Assembly: GCA_030390025.1 (NCBI GenBank)
Contig: JASTWF010000346.1
Coordinates: 1 to 64,000 of the forward strand
Source of the DNA: Squalus acanthias
Taxonomy: Eukaryota
Length of the DNA: 64,000 nucleotides
Direction: 5' to 3'
In this document: one piece after another, positions 49,430 through 61,399 of the stretch
Position numbering within the stretch: position 1 is the first letter of the stretch
Layout: each line of letters begins with the position of its first letter
The notes under the pieces: model-generated
The model's input: the letters and a program-made list of their open reading frames with translations, nothing else
The model's database searches: none
What the model was told of the DNA's origin: nothing
Translations under genes and position numbers: made by a program

Positions 49430-50605
49430 TGGATGGAATGTCACTGATGAAACAGCTCAAGATGGTTGGGCCACGGACGCTGCCCTGACAAACCTTGGCA
49501 GTGATTACCTGGAGCTAAGATAATAGGGCTCCACCACAACCATCTTCCTTTGTATCAGGCATGACTTTAGCCACTGAGGGGTTTCTCTATGATCCCTGTT
49601 GACCTCAGTTTTACTAATGTGAGAAGTCACACAACACCAGGTTATAGTCCAACAGCTTTATTTGAAATCACAAGCTTTCGGAGCGCTGCTCCTTCGTCAG
49701 GTGAACGAAGGAGCAGCGCTCCGAAAGCTTGTGATTTCAAATAAAGCTGTTGGACTATAACCTGGTGTTCTGCGACTTCTCACATTTGTCCACCCCAGTC
49801 CAACACCGGCATCTCCACATCAGTTTTACTAGGGATCCTTGCCATATTTGATCAAGTGCTGTCTTGATGTTGACCACAGTTACTCTCCTCTTTCTTCTGC
49901 ATGCAACTCTTGTCCAGGCTTCTATCAAAGCTGTGACATAGTCTGGACCTGACTGGTTCTGGCACAACCTGAGCTGAGTAGGTGTTGCTTGATGACTCAT
50001 TCATTAGTTTACTGATGATTAGGAGGAGCCAAATATAATGATTATTAGCCAGGTAAGATTTCTCCTGCTTTTTGTGGGTTTGACATACCTGGGTAATTTT
50101 TCATATTGTCTGGCAGGTGCCAGTGTCATACTGGAATAGTTTGGTTGGGGGGTTGAGCTGATTTGGCTGGATGCTGCCATTTATGATAGTGGGGATCTTG
50201 AAAGAAGGTAGATTAGGCTTGTCCACTCTGCACTATTGGCGAAAGAGGCTTTCAAATACTTCAGCCTTGTCTCTTGCACTCACCTGCAGGGCTCCACCAT
50301 AGTTGAGGATGCTCACGGATATGGTAGCACTACAGAGCTTTGTTCTGATCTGTTGGTTATAGGACTGCTTAGCTCTCTACAGCCTACTAGCCCTGTATTG
50401 TAGCTCGACAAGGATGGTGTCTTATTCGAAGATATGCTGGTGCCGTTCTTGGCTCGCCCTTCTACACTTTTTCTATTGAATCAGGGTTGGTTTTCTGACT
50501 TGATGGTGGAATGAGGGCTATGTTGGGCCATGAGGTTACAGAGTGTGATGGTATACGATTTTGCTGCTGATGCTTCATGGATGTTTGGTTTTGGATTGCT
50601 AGATC
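49430..50605 (-). mobile_element. Highly degenerate 'GMFADDC' LINE fragment
   Basis: Recognisable nucleotide similarity to ~13410-14600. Confidence 0.55.
49617..49819. mobile_element. Penelope-like element 3'/pLTR fragment in inverted arrangement, with hammerhead-ribozyme-like core
   Basis: 82-bp inverted arms (49616-49697 / 49705-49786, 2 mismatches) and a 12-bp TSD tcagttttacta (49605-49616, 49820-49831). The minus strand reads CTGACGA-A-GGAGC-AGC-GCTCC-GAAA. Confidence 0.75.
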
Positions 50606-50621
50606 AATAATTTTTTACGAT

Positions 50622-50725
50622 CAATAAAAACAGAAAATGCTGAAAATACTCAGCAGGCCAGGCAGCAGCTGTGAAGAAAGGCTGGCAGGCTTAACATTCC
50701 AAGTTGATGACTTTTCGTCAGAACT
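50622..50725 (-). mobile_element. Degenerate Penelope-like 3' fragment
   Basis: The minus strand reads ttctgacgaaaagtcatcaacttggaatgtt...ctgctgagtattttcagcattttctgttttt, a decayed CTGANGA..GAAA core. Confidence 0.45.
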
Positions 50726-51187
50726 TTTTGCTTTCTATTTTTTACCATTTCTGTTGCATTGACCACCTATACTTCTACATCCACTCCACCACTGCTAAAA
50801 CCCTAATTTGCAGTTTTATCAACTTGAGCCTTGCTTTCTCCACTCTTCACAAATTAAAATGTATTACCAGCTCTTTCATCCACCACACCCCTTCCCTTTG
50901 GAACTCTCTCCCCAAATCGGTCCACTCTGACACTTTCCTCCCTACTTTAAAATCCCTCCTAAAAGGCTTCCTGTTGAAACCCTGCCGCTCCCTATTTGCT
51001 GCCTCTCTGTAAAGTGCTTTCAGGCATCTTTGTGTCAGCCAGGAGTGCTACAGAGGTGTAAGTGGTTATTCTCCGATTTGTGATTCTTGCTACAATTCCT
51101 CTTGCTTTATTTGGTATTTACAGTTGATTGTTTTAATCTAGCCTCAGAACCTGTACTTCAGCTTTAATTCTGCCCTTTTCTTCCCAG

Positions 51188-51711
51188 TCTCTGTAACCCT
51201 GGATACAGAAACAGCAAATCCATGGCTTGAGGTGTCCAAGGATCTGAAGAAGGTGAAATTGACCCAGACAGCAAGGAGTCTCCCTGAAAATGAGGAGAGG
51301 TTTACAGCCTGGGAATCTGTGCTGGGATCAGAGGGATTCACATCGGGGAGTCACTACTGGGAGGTGGAGGTGGCAGGGAATCGCCGCTGGACTCTGGGAG
51401 TGGCCACAGAGTCTGTGGAGAGGAAGACAGAGATGAAACTGATACCGGGGAATGGATTCTGGACCATCGGGCAGGTTGAGGATCAATTTCAGGCAAACTC
51501 CGCGAATCAATCAGATATCCCTGCCCGTGAGATTCCTAGGAAAATTGGAGTTTATCTCAGTTATGAGTCCAGGATAGTTTCATTCTATAGTGCGAACACA
51601 AAGTCTTACCTCTACACTTTCACTGGGAACGAATTTACAGAGAAAGTTTATCCTTTTTTCTACACGGCTCATCGTAACAAATGGCTGAGAATCTGTCCAG
51701 TGCAGCATTAG
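51188..51711 (+). CDS. B30.2 (PRY-SPRY) terminal exon 2
   Basis: Acceptor ctgcccttttcttcccag|, phase 1. Encodes (V)SVTLDTETANPWLEVSKD..RF.....VLG.EGFTSGSHYWEVEV...WTLGVA..IGVYLSYE..VSFY..VYPFF, then stop TAG. AATAAA at 51901. Confidence 0.9.
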
Positions 51712-53203
51712 TTCTTTAAAAGGTCGCTGGCCTCGAGGTTTCTCCAAAATACTTTCCAGTTCAACAGTCAGTCAAAGGAACCTGTCAAATATATAAATAT
51801 TAAAGTTAATCTACCCTTTTAAGAAAAGATTATATAAAATATCTAAAATGCTGCTGGGTGACTGACAATTATTGTGGGAGTTTGCTGGAATCTACCCTTT
51901 AATAAAATATCTTCTGATTGTATGAGCTTTAAATAATGTAAATTCAGTTTCCAGCAGGGCAGCCCACTCCATGTTTGTGTTTGATATAAAATAAAAACTA
52001 GGAACAGATTAAAGATCCCATATTTCATCAGATACAGAGTGGGGAGTGAAGGTTTCACCCCATATAAGCCAGGAGAACATCAGTGATGGATTTGCCACCC
52101 AACTGCTACCAGATTATAAAAGCATCCCTGTAACCTGAGACCTTGGGTCTTTAATTAGTTTGCAGTCTGTTGATGTCACTTGTGTCTGTCAGCACAGAAT
52201 CAGATCGACAGTTCACTTTAAGAGAAAGTGTGTCAGATTGTTGGCCACCATAATGGTGATGTAGCACTGTACAAGAACTTTGGTGAGAGATTTTCCTCAA
52301 GTGTGGGATCACTATCGTGAGTGGGACGTTTGCATGCTGGGCCAACCACACACTGACCCTGTCCCATTTTCTTGGTTGTGGTCAACTCCCAGCGTTATCT
52401 CCGCTCTTCCACTGGGACTCTGCTGCTGCGGGATTGGGAAATGTTGAGCTTCTGTAGTGGGACATCTGTTGCAGCAACTGAAATAAGTGCGGCCAGTTTA
52501 AAAGGGGGCAGAAGTCTGCTAAATGTTTCAGATCAATATTTAGAATTGCCACTTAGTGAGCCAGTTGGAAAAAAAAAATAGCAGTCAGAAGATTTGGAAG
52601 AGGGAAGAGCTGGCTATATCTCATATCTGGCATCTGTTGCCACCACAGTTCCCCTACCACTTCCTTCTTTCCGGCCTCCCTCCTCCCTCCATTGGCAGCA
52701 GAGGTGGGAATGAAGGAAATTGTCTGGATTCCTAGTCCTCGCCCCCTCACTATTGATTTACATGCAGCGGGGCAGCTGTCTGCCATCCACAGCAGTGGGA
52801 GCAGAGAAAATGTTAGTGGAGATTTGATGGGAGGCCTCCCCATCTGATTTTCCTGCACACTCTGCCTCAGGACTGCTCGTTTTCAGGTGGGAATTTGGGG
52901 GAAAAATCCTCCCTTCACTTTTTATAATCACTACAAGGTTTATATAGCAGGGTCAATCAAGGCAAATAAAGGTCAAACAAGGTTCAGGGATAAACATGAA
53001 GCGCTATGTGGTTAACTCGAGAAGTACACATAAACAATGCTTTTTTTTGCATGGGCTGGAGGTGGGGAGGGACACATTGTTCTTCCAATTTCTCCCTTCT
53101 CAAAGCAGTGACTCATACTGGTGTTTGAATCCAAGGGCAGCACCAGTCCTCGCTCAGGAGGTCATAATTTGTATGAGAGACTAAATAGTGAGGCTAATCT
53201 AGA

Positions 53204-53785
53204 CTCCCAGTACTGAGCTAAACTAACTCAGCACAGACCAGCATTTCCAAAACTGGGCTAAACTAACTCAGCACCGACCAGCATTCCCAACACTGAGCTA
53301 AACTAACTCAGCACAGACCAGCACTCCCAGTACTGAGCTAAACTAACTCAGCACAGACCAGCACTCCCAACACTGAGCTAAACTAACTCAGCACAGACCA
53401 GCACTCCCAGTACTGAGCTAAACTAACTCAGCACAGACCAGCACTCCCAACACGGAGCTAAACTAACTCAGCACAGACCAGCATTCCCAACACTGAGCTA
53501 AACTAACTCAGCACAGACCAGCACTCCCAACACTGAGCTAAACTAACTCAGCACAGACCAGCATTCCCAACACTGAGCTAAACTAACTCAGCACAGACCA
53601 GCATTCGCACTGAGCTAAACTAACTCAGCACAGACCAGCATTCCCAACACTGGGCTAAACTAACTCAGCACAGACCAGCATTCCCAACACTGAGCTAAAC
53701 TAACTCAGCACAGACCAGCATTCGCACTGAGCTAAACTAACTCAGCAGACCAGAACTCCAAACAATGAGCTCAAGTTACTCAGCA
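53204..53785. repeat. 40-bp minisatellite, ~14 copies
   Basis: Unit ctcccaacactgagctaaactaactcagcacagaccagca, with an internal inverted CTGAG..CTCAG. Confidence 0.9.
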
Positions 53786-55484
53786 GAGGTGTTGTATTGC
53801 AGGAGTTAGAATAAAGCTGCCTCCTTGTTGTCCTATTAATATGCTCAAAATAACTGAGAAGGACCCCTATAACTACAGCAGAGATTTCTTAATTTCTAAC
53901 AATTATCCCTTTAATCTCCAGCACCTTAGTGCCAAATTATGTTCTTATCTCTAATTTTCTTCTTTTACATTTCTTGTATTGGATTATTTTCTTTTATAGT
54001 TCTTGACTACAGACTGCATCTGTATCAAAACTATCAATGTACTTGTTATTGCTTGAAATAATAGAACTGTTTTACAACAGTGCACACTGCCCCCTGGCAT
54101 TGTAACTGGAAGGTGCAAGTAACAGACTAAACTGATCTTTATTAACATGCAGACAGCTGTGGTTTCACACTGGGAATCAGGATTGTATTTAAAATATATT
54201 AAACCTCACTTTAATTTTCAAATTATGTATTGTATTTTCTGATACATTGAGCAATGATGTGCATGAAAGACAGACAAGTAACTCTTTAAAAAGTGCAAAC
54301 CGACCGTGAAGTAGGTAAAATCTAAATTATAAACAGAATTAACACAAAAATAAACTTTGAATTTAGACTTTCTGGTTAGGTCTCACTTCAGAATCATAAG
54401 TAAATAAGTGGAAACCCCACTTCAGAACTTGAGCACATAGCCTAGGTTGGCATTTCAGTGCAGTACTGAACAAGTGCTATATTGTCAGTGTTATCTTTCC
54501 AATGAGATGCTAGAACGAGGTCCTGTTCTGGTGGTTCGGCAGGATATAAAAGATCCCATGGCACTATTTAAAGAGCAGGGAGTTCTCCTGGCCCATATTT
54601 ATCCCCCAACTAATCAAGAACCTCCCACCCCAAACAACCCCATTATTAGCTGGTCATTCGCCTCATTTGCTGTCCCCGAGACCTTGCTGGGAGTAAATTG
54701 GCAATCACATTCAAAAGAAAGTCTTGCATTTCTACAGCGCCCTTCACGACCACCTGACGTGCCAAAGCGCTTTACAGCCAATGAAGTACTTTTTGAAATG
54801 CCTACATAACAGCAGTGACTTCACTTCAGAAGTTATTTATTGGCTGTGAAGTGTTTTAGGATTCATTTGGGGGGGACGATAGGGTACTTGTACAATACAA
54901 GTTTGCTGGTTCCTTAGACTGAAATGAAAAGCAAACGTTTAATTCCAATGGGGAGCTGCCATTTGGCTCATTGTGTGTCCATGTTCTATTCCATTAATGT
55001 ACTTGGACCATTGATCGATCTAATTAACCAGTGCGGCCTCTTCCCAGCCTGTCCGATGTCACCCCTTATGGTCCTTCCATTCCCTCAAGGCTGAGGTGTG
55101 CCGGTGCTGTTTGCTTCATGTCTGTGCTGCAGTTCTGGTGTGAAAGCAGCTTGAATCCAGAGGCGGGGCCCCCGGCTAACCTGACCATGTGAAGTGAGTG
55201 AGACTGCCCCGCCTGGAGGAGGGAGTCTCGCTCTGCTTCACTCCGGAGTCGCTCCGGGCCTCGACACCTGGTTTACACTGCACACGTTCGGTGTGGGTGT
55301 GAAGGGGAAACAGCTTCACTCTGACGCTAATCTCCTGGTGTGAAGACACCCGGGACAGTCTCGGGTGTCCCCCCGTCTGGTGTCCAGTTCCTTGTCCTCT
55401 CTCCCGGTGTTTGCAAGAAGCCAGAGGGCAATTTCCTATAAACAAACTAGTCCGATTGAGGGAATATATCGGCAGCAGCTGGAC

Positions 55485-56230
55485 CAAGGGGTGTCAAACG
55501 TGCGGCCCCCGGGGACAGCTTCATCCGGCCCGCCAACTTACCCTCCGAGGCGGACTGACTGTGGGGAAATGTCCCTCGGACTCCGCAACTTTCTGAGGCC
55601 GCTCCCGCGTCTGCTCAACGATCCGCCAATCACAGCTCCGGGCCCTCGCGCTTTGAGCCGTTGGGCTTTGAGCGCTCGGCCCCGCTCGGACTCGACGCTC
55701 CTCCAATCACAGCCTCCCATTTCTCCCGCTCCCTCCGGCCACTCGCGCTTTGACCGTTGGGTTTTGAGAACTCAGCCCCTCCCCGCTCGTGCTCGGCGCT
55801 CCTCCAATCACAGCCTCCCATTTCTCCCGCTCCCTCGGGCCGCTCGCGCTTTGACCGTTGGGCTTTGAGAGCTCAGCCCCTCCCCCCCGCTCGTGCTCAG
55901 CGGTCCTTCAATCTTAGCCTCCCCTTTCCCCCGCTCACGCTTTGACCACTCAGCCCTTTCCCCGCGCGCATGCTCGCCGCTCCTCCAATCACAGCCTCCC
56001 ATTTCCCTCGCTCGCGCTTTGATCGTTGGGCTTTGAGCGCTCAGCCCCTCTTCCCGCTCGTGCTCCCCGATCCTCCAATCACAGCCTCCCATTTCTCCCG
56101 CTCTCTCCGGCTGCTCGCACTTTGGCCGTTGGGATTTGAGCGCTCAACCCCTCCACCCGCTCGTGCTCTCTGATCGTCCAGTCACAGCCTGCCTTCTCCC
56201 CTCGCTCTTTGACCGTTGGGGTTTCAGCGC
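55485..56230 (+). mobile_element. Possible hAT (Charlie-type) terminus followed by ~100-bp GC-rich tandem repeats
   Basis: caaggggtgtcaaacgtgcggccc resembles Charlie TIRs. ~6 copies of ctcctccaatcacagcctcccatttctcccgctc...tttgaccgttgggctttgagcgctc follow. The other end was not found. Confidence 0.4.
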
Positions 56231-56232
56231 TC

Positions 56233-56972
56233 ACTTACACCGAGGGACCAAATCCAAGAACCACTTACACTAAGAGACGAAATTGAGAGACCACTTACGC
56301 CAAGAGATCAAATCCCTGGGCCACTTACACGGAGAGATCAAATCCAGAGACCACTTACACCGAGAGATCAAATCCATGGACCATTTACACCATGACACCG
56401 AATCCAGAGACCACTTACACCGAGAGATCAAATCCCCGGGCCACTGAGAGATGAAATTGAGAGACCACTTACACCAAGAGATCAAATCCATGAACCACTG
56501 ACAGGAAGAGATCAAATCCAGAGACCACTCCCACCGAGAGATCAAATCCAGAGACCACTTACATGGAGAGATCAAATCCGGGGACCACTTACACCGAGAG
56601 ATCAAATCCAGAGACCACTTACACGGAGAGATCAAATCCAGAAACCACTTCCACCGAGAGATCAAATCCAGAGACCACTTACACGGAGAGATCAAATTCA
56701 GAGACCACTTACACTGAGAGATCAAATCCAAGGACCACTTACACGGAGAGATCAAATCCAGAGACCACTTACACGGAGAGATCAAATCCAGAGACCACTT
56801 ACACGGAGAGATCAAATCCGGGGACCACTTACACCGAGAGATCAAATCCAGAGACCACTTACACGGAGAGATCAAATCCAGAGACCACTTATACGGAGAG
56901 ACCAAATCCAAGGACCAATTACACCGAGAGACCAAGTCCAGGGACTACTTACATCGAGAGATCAAATCCAGG
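56233..56972. repeat. 30-bp minisatellite, ~24 copies (related units at ~57245-57360)
   Basis: Unit accgagagatcaaatccagagaccacttac. Confidence 0.9.
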
Positions 56973-57739
56973 GGGTCCCTCTGGCTGACCACACCTGGGT
57001 AGCCCTGAAGAACATGCCTGCTGTGTCCGCAGCAATGCATGAGGCCTTCCACAACAGGTGGGCACCGCAAGGACTCAAGTGCATATTTGAAATTAGCTTT
57101 AATATTATTTAGTTTTTTAATTTCCTTTCTTCTAATGTTTAAGTTCCTTATTAGTTGTGCCCCGTTCATGGGGCATTTTTATTTGATTTATAAATGATGA
57201 CACTGGGGCAACTCAATGTCCCAATTATTGGTTAATTTAAATAGGAGACCAAATCGAGAGACAAATTATATCAAGAGACCAAGACCAGGGACCACTTACA
57301 TTGTGACACCAAATCCAGAGACCACTTACATTGTGACACCAAATCAAGAGATCGCTTACAGGCCCAGCTGTTGCGGGGAGTGTGGTCTAAGAAGAAGGAG
57401 ACGTCATCAGGATGAGATATCAAAGAGAAGGATGGAGAGGAGGAAGAGATCAGATCATCATCAGAGACTTACTACAAAGTAGAAGGAAGGATTAAGAACA
57501 ACTTCACTAATAAAAGAGCATGGTGCTGAAAGAGGTGGGTGTGCTGCTGCATTACAACTGCAACTGGTACTTGCCAGTCTTTCTTTTCGACAGCACCTTT
57601 TGCCCTTGAGTGTTGGTTTGGATCTCCTGCATGTTAAGACTTGACAGTTTCAAGAGAGAGGGTGGACGAAAGAAGAACAAGATTCACATCAGTGCCCTAG
57701 GGAAGAGGGCTGAAGATAGGGTGGAGTGTGTGTGTATGT

Positions 57740-58052
57740 TTTTTATTATTTGTTTATGGGATGTGGGCGTCGCTGGCAAGGCCAGCATTTATTGCCCATC
57801 CCTAATTGCCCTTGAGAAGGTGGTGGTGAGCCGCCTTCTTGAACCACTGCAGTCCGTGTGATGAAGGTACTCCCACAGTGCTGTTAGGTAGGGAGTTCCA
57901 GGATTTTGACCCAGCGACGATGAAGGATCGGTGATATACTTCTAAGTCAGGATGGTGTGTGACTTGGAGGTGGTGGTGTTCCCATCCGTCTGCTGCCCTT
58001 GTCCTTCTCGGTGGAAGAGGTCGCGGGTTTAGGAGGTGCTGCCGAAGAAGCT
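57740..58052 (-). mobile_element. 3' end of a 'GMFADDC' LINE
   Basis: Near-identical to 12490-12805. Confidence 0.8.
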
Positions 58053-58344
58053 GTGTCTGATGAAAAACACTTTTATAAACACCTCACTGCCTTGCCCTCG
58101 AGAGCTGAAACTGCCTGGGTGAGGACTTCCACTGATAAGATCCCATTCTCTTAACTGTGGACTGTTGTACTAGCCTAGGCAGTTTCAGCTGCCTGGATGA
58201 AGACATCCCTGCCAACTCCCGCCTCCACCTCCGCCCCCCCCCCCGTCCCCCGCCAGAAGAAAAGTACTGGGAGTTTACGTGGTGCATCACCCACCATCCC
58301 TGTAGGGGGTGGTAATGGGGTCAGCCTTCACCTCTGACTCAGAA

Positions 58345-60195
58345 ATATAGAAACATAGAAGATAGGAGCAGGAGTAGGCCATTCGGCCCCATTCGATGAG
58401 ATCATGGCTGATCATCCAAACTCAGTACCCTGTACCTGCCTTCTCCCCATATCCCTTGATACCTTTAGCTTTAAGGAATATATCTAACTCATTCTTGAAT
58501 ATATTTAATGACTTGGCCTCAACTACCTTCTGTGGTAGAGAATTCCACAGGTTCACCACTCTCTGGGTGAAGAAATTCCTCCTCATTTCTGTCCTAAATG
58601 GCTTACCCCCTATCCTTAGATTATGACCCCTGGTTCTGGACTCTCCGACCATCGGGAACATTCTTCCTGCATCTAGTTTGTCCAGACCTGTCAGAATTTT
58701 ATATGTTTCGATGAGATCCCCTCTCATTCTTCTATACTCCAGCGAGTATAAGCCCAATCGACCCAATCTCTCCTCATATGTCATTCCTGCCATCCCAGGT
58801 ATCAGCCTTGTGAATCTTCGCTGAACTCCCTCCATGGCAAGAACATCCTTCCTCAGATAAGGTGACCAAAACTGCACACAATACTCAAGGTGTGGTCTCA
58901 CCAAGGCCCTGTACAACTGCAGCAGGACATCCCTGTTCCAATACTCAAACCCTTTCGCTATGAAGGCCAACATACCATTTGCCTTCTTCACCGCCTGCTG
59001 CACCTGCATGCTTACCTTCAGCGACTGCTGCACAAGGACACCCAGGTCTCGTTGCACTTCCCCTTCTCCCAATCTATTGCCATTCAGATAATAGTCTGCC
59101 TTTCTGTTTTTGACACCAAAGTGGATAACCTCGCATTTATGCATGTTATATTGCATCTGCCACGCTTCTGCCCACTCACCCAACCTGTCCAAATCATCCT
59201 GGAGTTTCTCGGTATCCTCCTCGCAGCACACACTCCCACCCAGCTTTGTGTCATCTGCAAACTTGGAGATATTACATTTAGTTCCCTTATCTAGATCATT
59301 AATGTATATTGTGAATAGCTGGGGTCCAAGGACCGATCCCTGCGGTACCCCACTCGTCACTGCTTGCCACTCGGAAAAAGACCCATTAATTCCTACTCTC
59401 TGCTTTCTGTCTGCCAACCAGTTCTCTATCCAAGTCAATACCTTGCCCCCAATCCCATGTGCCTTAACTTTACACGCTAATCTCTTATGCGGGACCTTAT
59501 CGAAAGCCTTTTGAAAGTCCAAATACACCACATCTACTGGTTCTCCCTTATCTATTTTCCCAGTTACATCCTCAAAAAATTCCAGTAGATTAGTCAAGCA
59601 CTTTTTACGTTTTGTAAATCCATGTTGACTTTGTCCGATCCTGTCACTGTTTTTCAAGTGCTCAGCTATTACATCCTTTATAATGGACTCTAGCATTTTC
59701 CCCACTACCGATGTAATTCCCCGCTTTCTCTCTACCACCCTTTTTGAATAGTGGGGTAACATTAGCTACCCTCCAATCCATGGGTACAGTTCCAGATTCC
59801 ATCGAATGTTGGAAGATGATCAGCAATGCATCTACTATTTCTAGGGCCACTTCCTTAAGTACCCTAGGATGTAGATTATCAGGCCCTGGGGATTTATCGG
59901 CCTTCATTCCCATCAATTTCCCTAATGCCATTTCCCTGCAAATACTGATTTCTTTCAGTTCCTCCCTTTCATCAGACCCTATGTTCTCCAACATATCTGG
60001 GAGGTTATTTGTGTCCTCCTTTGTGAAGACAGACCAAAATATGCATTTAATTGTTCAGCCATTTCTTTGTTCCCCATTATAACTTCCCCCGCTTCTGACT
60101 GCAAGGGACCTACACTTGATTTCACTAATCTTTTTCTCTTCACATATCTATAAAAACTCTTACAATCAGTTTTTATGTTCCCTGCAAGCTTACTC
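58345..60195 (-). mobile_element. 5'-truncated CR1 LINE with a long open RT segment
   Basis: ORF 58422..59762 (446 aa) contains SQHGF, YLDFQKAFDKVPH, GVPQGSVLGP, KFADDTKL and LVRPHLEYC. Upstream fragment at 59662..59994. Confidence 0.9.
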
Positions 60196-60197
60196 AG

Positions 60198-61386
60198 TGA
60201 ACGGTTCGAATCGCTCCCACGCCCCTGGTTCCTAGACTTTGGACTTATTTAGGGGTTGTGAACAAAGATGCAGTAGAGAACAGGTTCTGATGAAAGAATT
60301 CTGACTTTATTAAAAGAAAAAGGTAACAAACTTAAAACACACTTTACACTTAAACACAGGTTGGGGAACACACGGTACAGGCGAGGGAGAAAGACAATAT
60401 ACCAAAAAAAACCTTATCCCTCCTAAAAATCCCACTATCTAGCGAGGTTTTGGTTTCAGGAGATCAAGGATAATGCTCACCAAATGAATCCTTGACAGTT
60501 GAGAGTTAGGGTTTAGAGTCTTTTGAGTAAAAGGTTCCGTAAGGCCCTTGTTGCCGTGAGGTGTCCGATGGTCACTGAGGCAATCGCTCTGGTTTCTTCT
60601 TGTGTGTTGGTCTGTTTGTGAAGTTGTTGGCCTTCTTTCCTCCTCCTCCTCGTGGCTTGTGGTGGCTTTGCTGGAGCAGAGCTGAGAGAGAGAGAGCTGT
60701 GCGAGTGTTGAGAGCGTTGTCAGCGAGTCCAGAGAGAGAGAGTGTTGGGACATTAGGCTCCCAATTATACTTGTTCAGCCCCTTTGTCCTTTTCACGCCC
60801 AAAACCCCTTACTAAAATGGTTTCCTTTAGATTTCAAATGAGCCCTGTTTATTCCATTGTCTTAGTTTTGGCGGGCTTGTTAGTTTCGATGGCTTTAACT
60901 TGGTGTTAAACATGTCCTGATAGCTTCCGATTTAGGCAAGGCCTTTACGCGCCAAATCTTGTCTCTATTGTCCTAGGTTTTTTGGCGGGCTTTAAATCTA
61001 TCCTGTGGATACCTGGTTGATTGGTTTTTGATGAAGTAAATCGGGGTACTAAATGTTTGATTGATTTCAGGCTTCTGGTATCCTGTGTGGACCTGGGAAT
61101 TTCAAAAGAGGTCTTGGATTATTCATATTTCGATGTGTGTGTGAGGCTTTTGGGTTTGTCTCTTCCTCCTTGGTAGGAAGGCAGTGTAAACACATTCCCA
61201 GACAGCTTGATTGGGCCCCAATACCCAAAGCTGTCCACTGCCTGGCCACGCCTCTCCGCAGCCTGTCGGTGTCTGTGAAAGGTGTCTTTCCCAACAGTAA
61301 AATTCAAAAAGTCATTTTCCTCAGGGTTTTTCTTCCCTGATCTTTAAAAATGTCCAAAACTGAGGGTTTTACCTCAAATTACTTCA
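60198..61386 (-). mobile_element. Probable solo LTR (~1.19 kb)
   Basis: TGAA...TTCA termini, flanks ctcag/cttag (4/5 match), minus-strand AATAAA at ~60306, and a U5 segment homologous to 46402-46446. Confidence 0.55.
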
Positions 61387-61399
61387 CTTAGGGTTCTGT

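Noticed and set aside
56270..56988. Cys/Trp-repeat and TERSNPETTY-repeat ORFs
   Set aside because: Artefact of a stop-poor 30-bp tandem repeat, with no splice or domain support.
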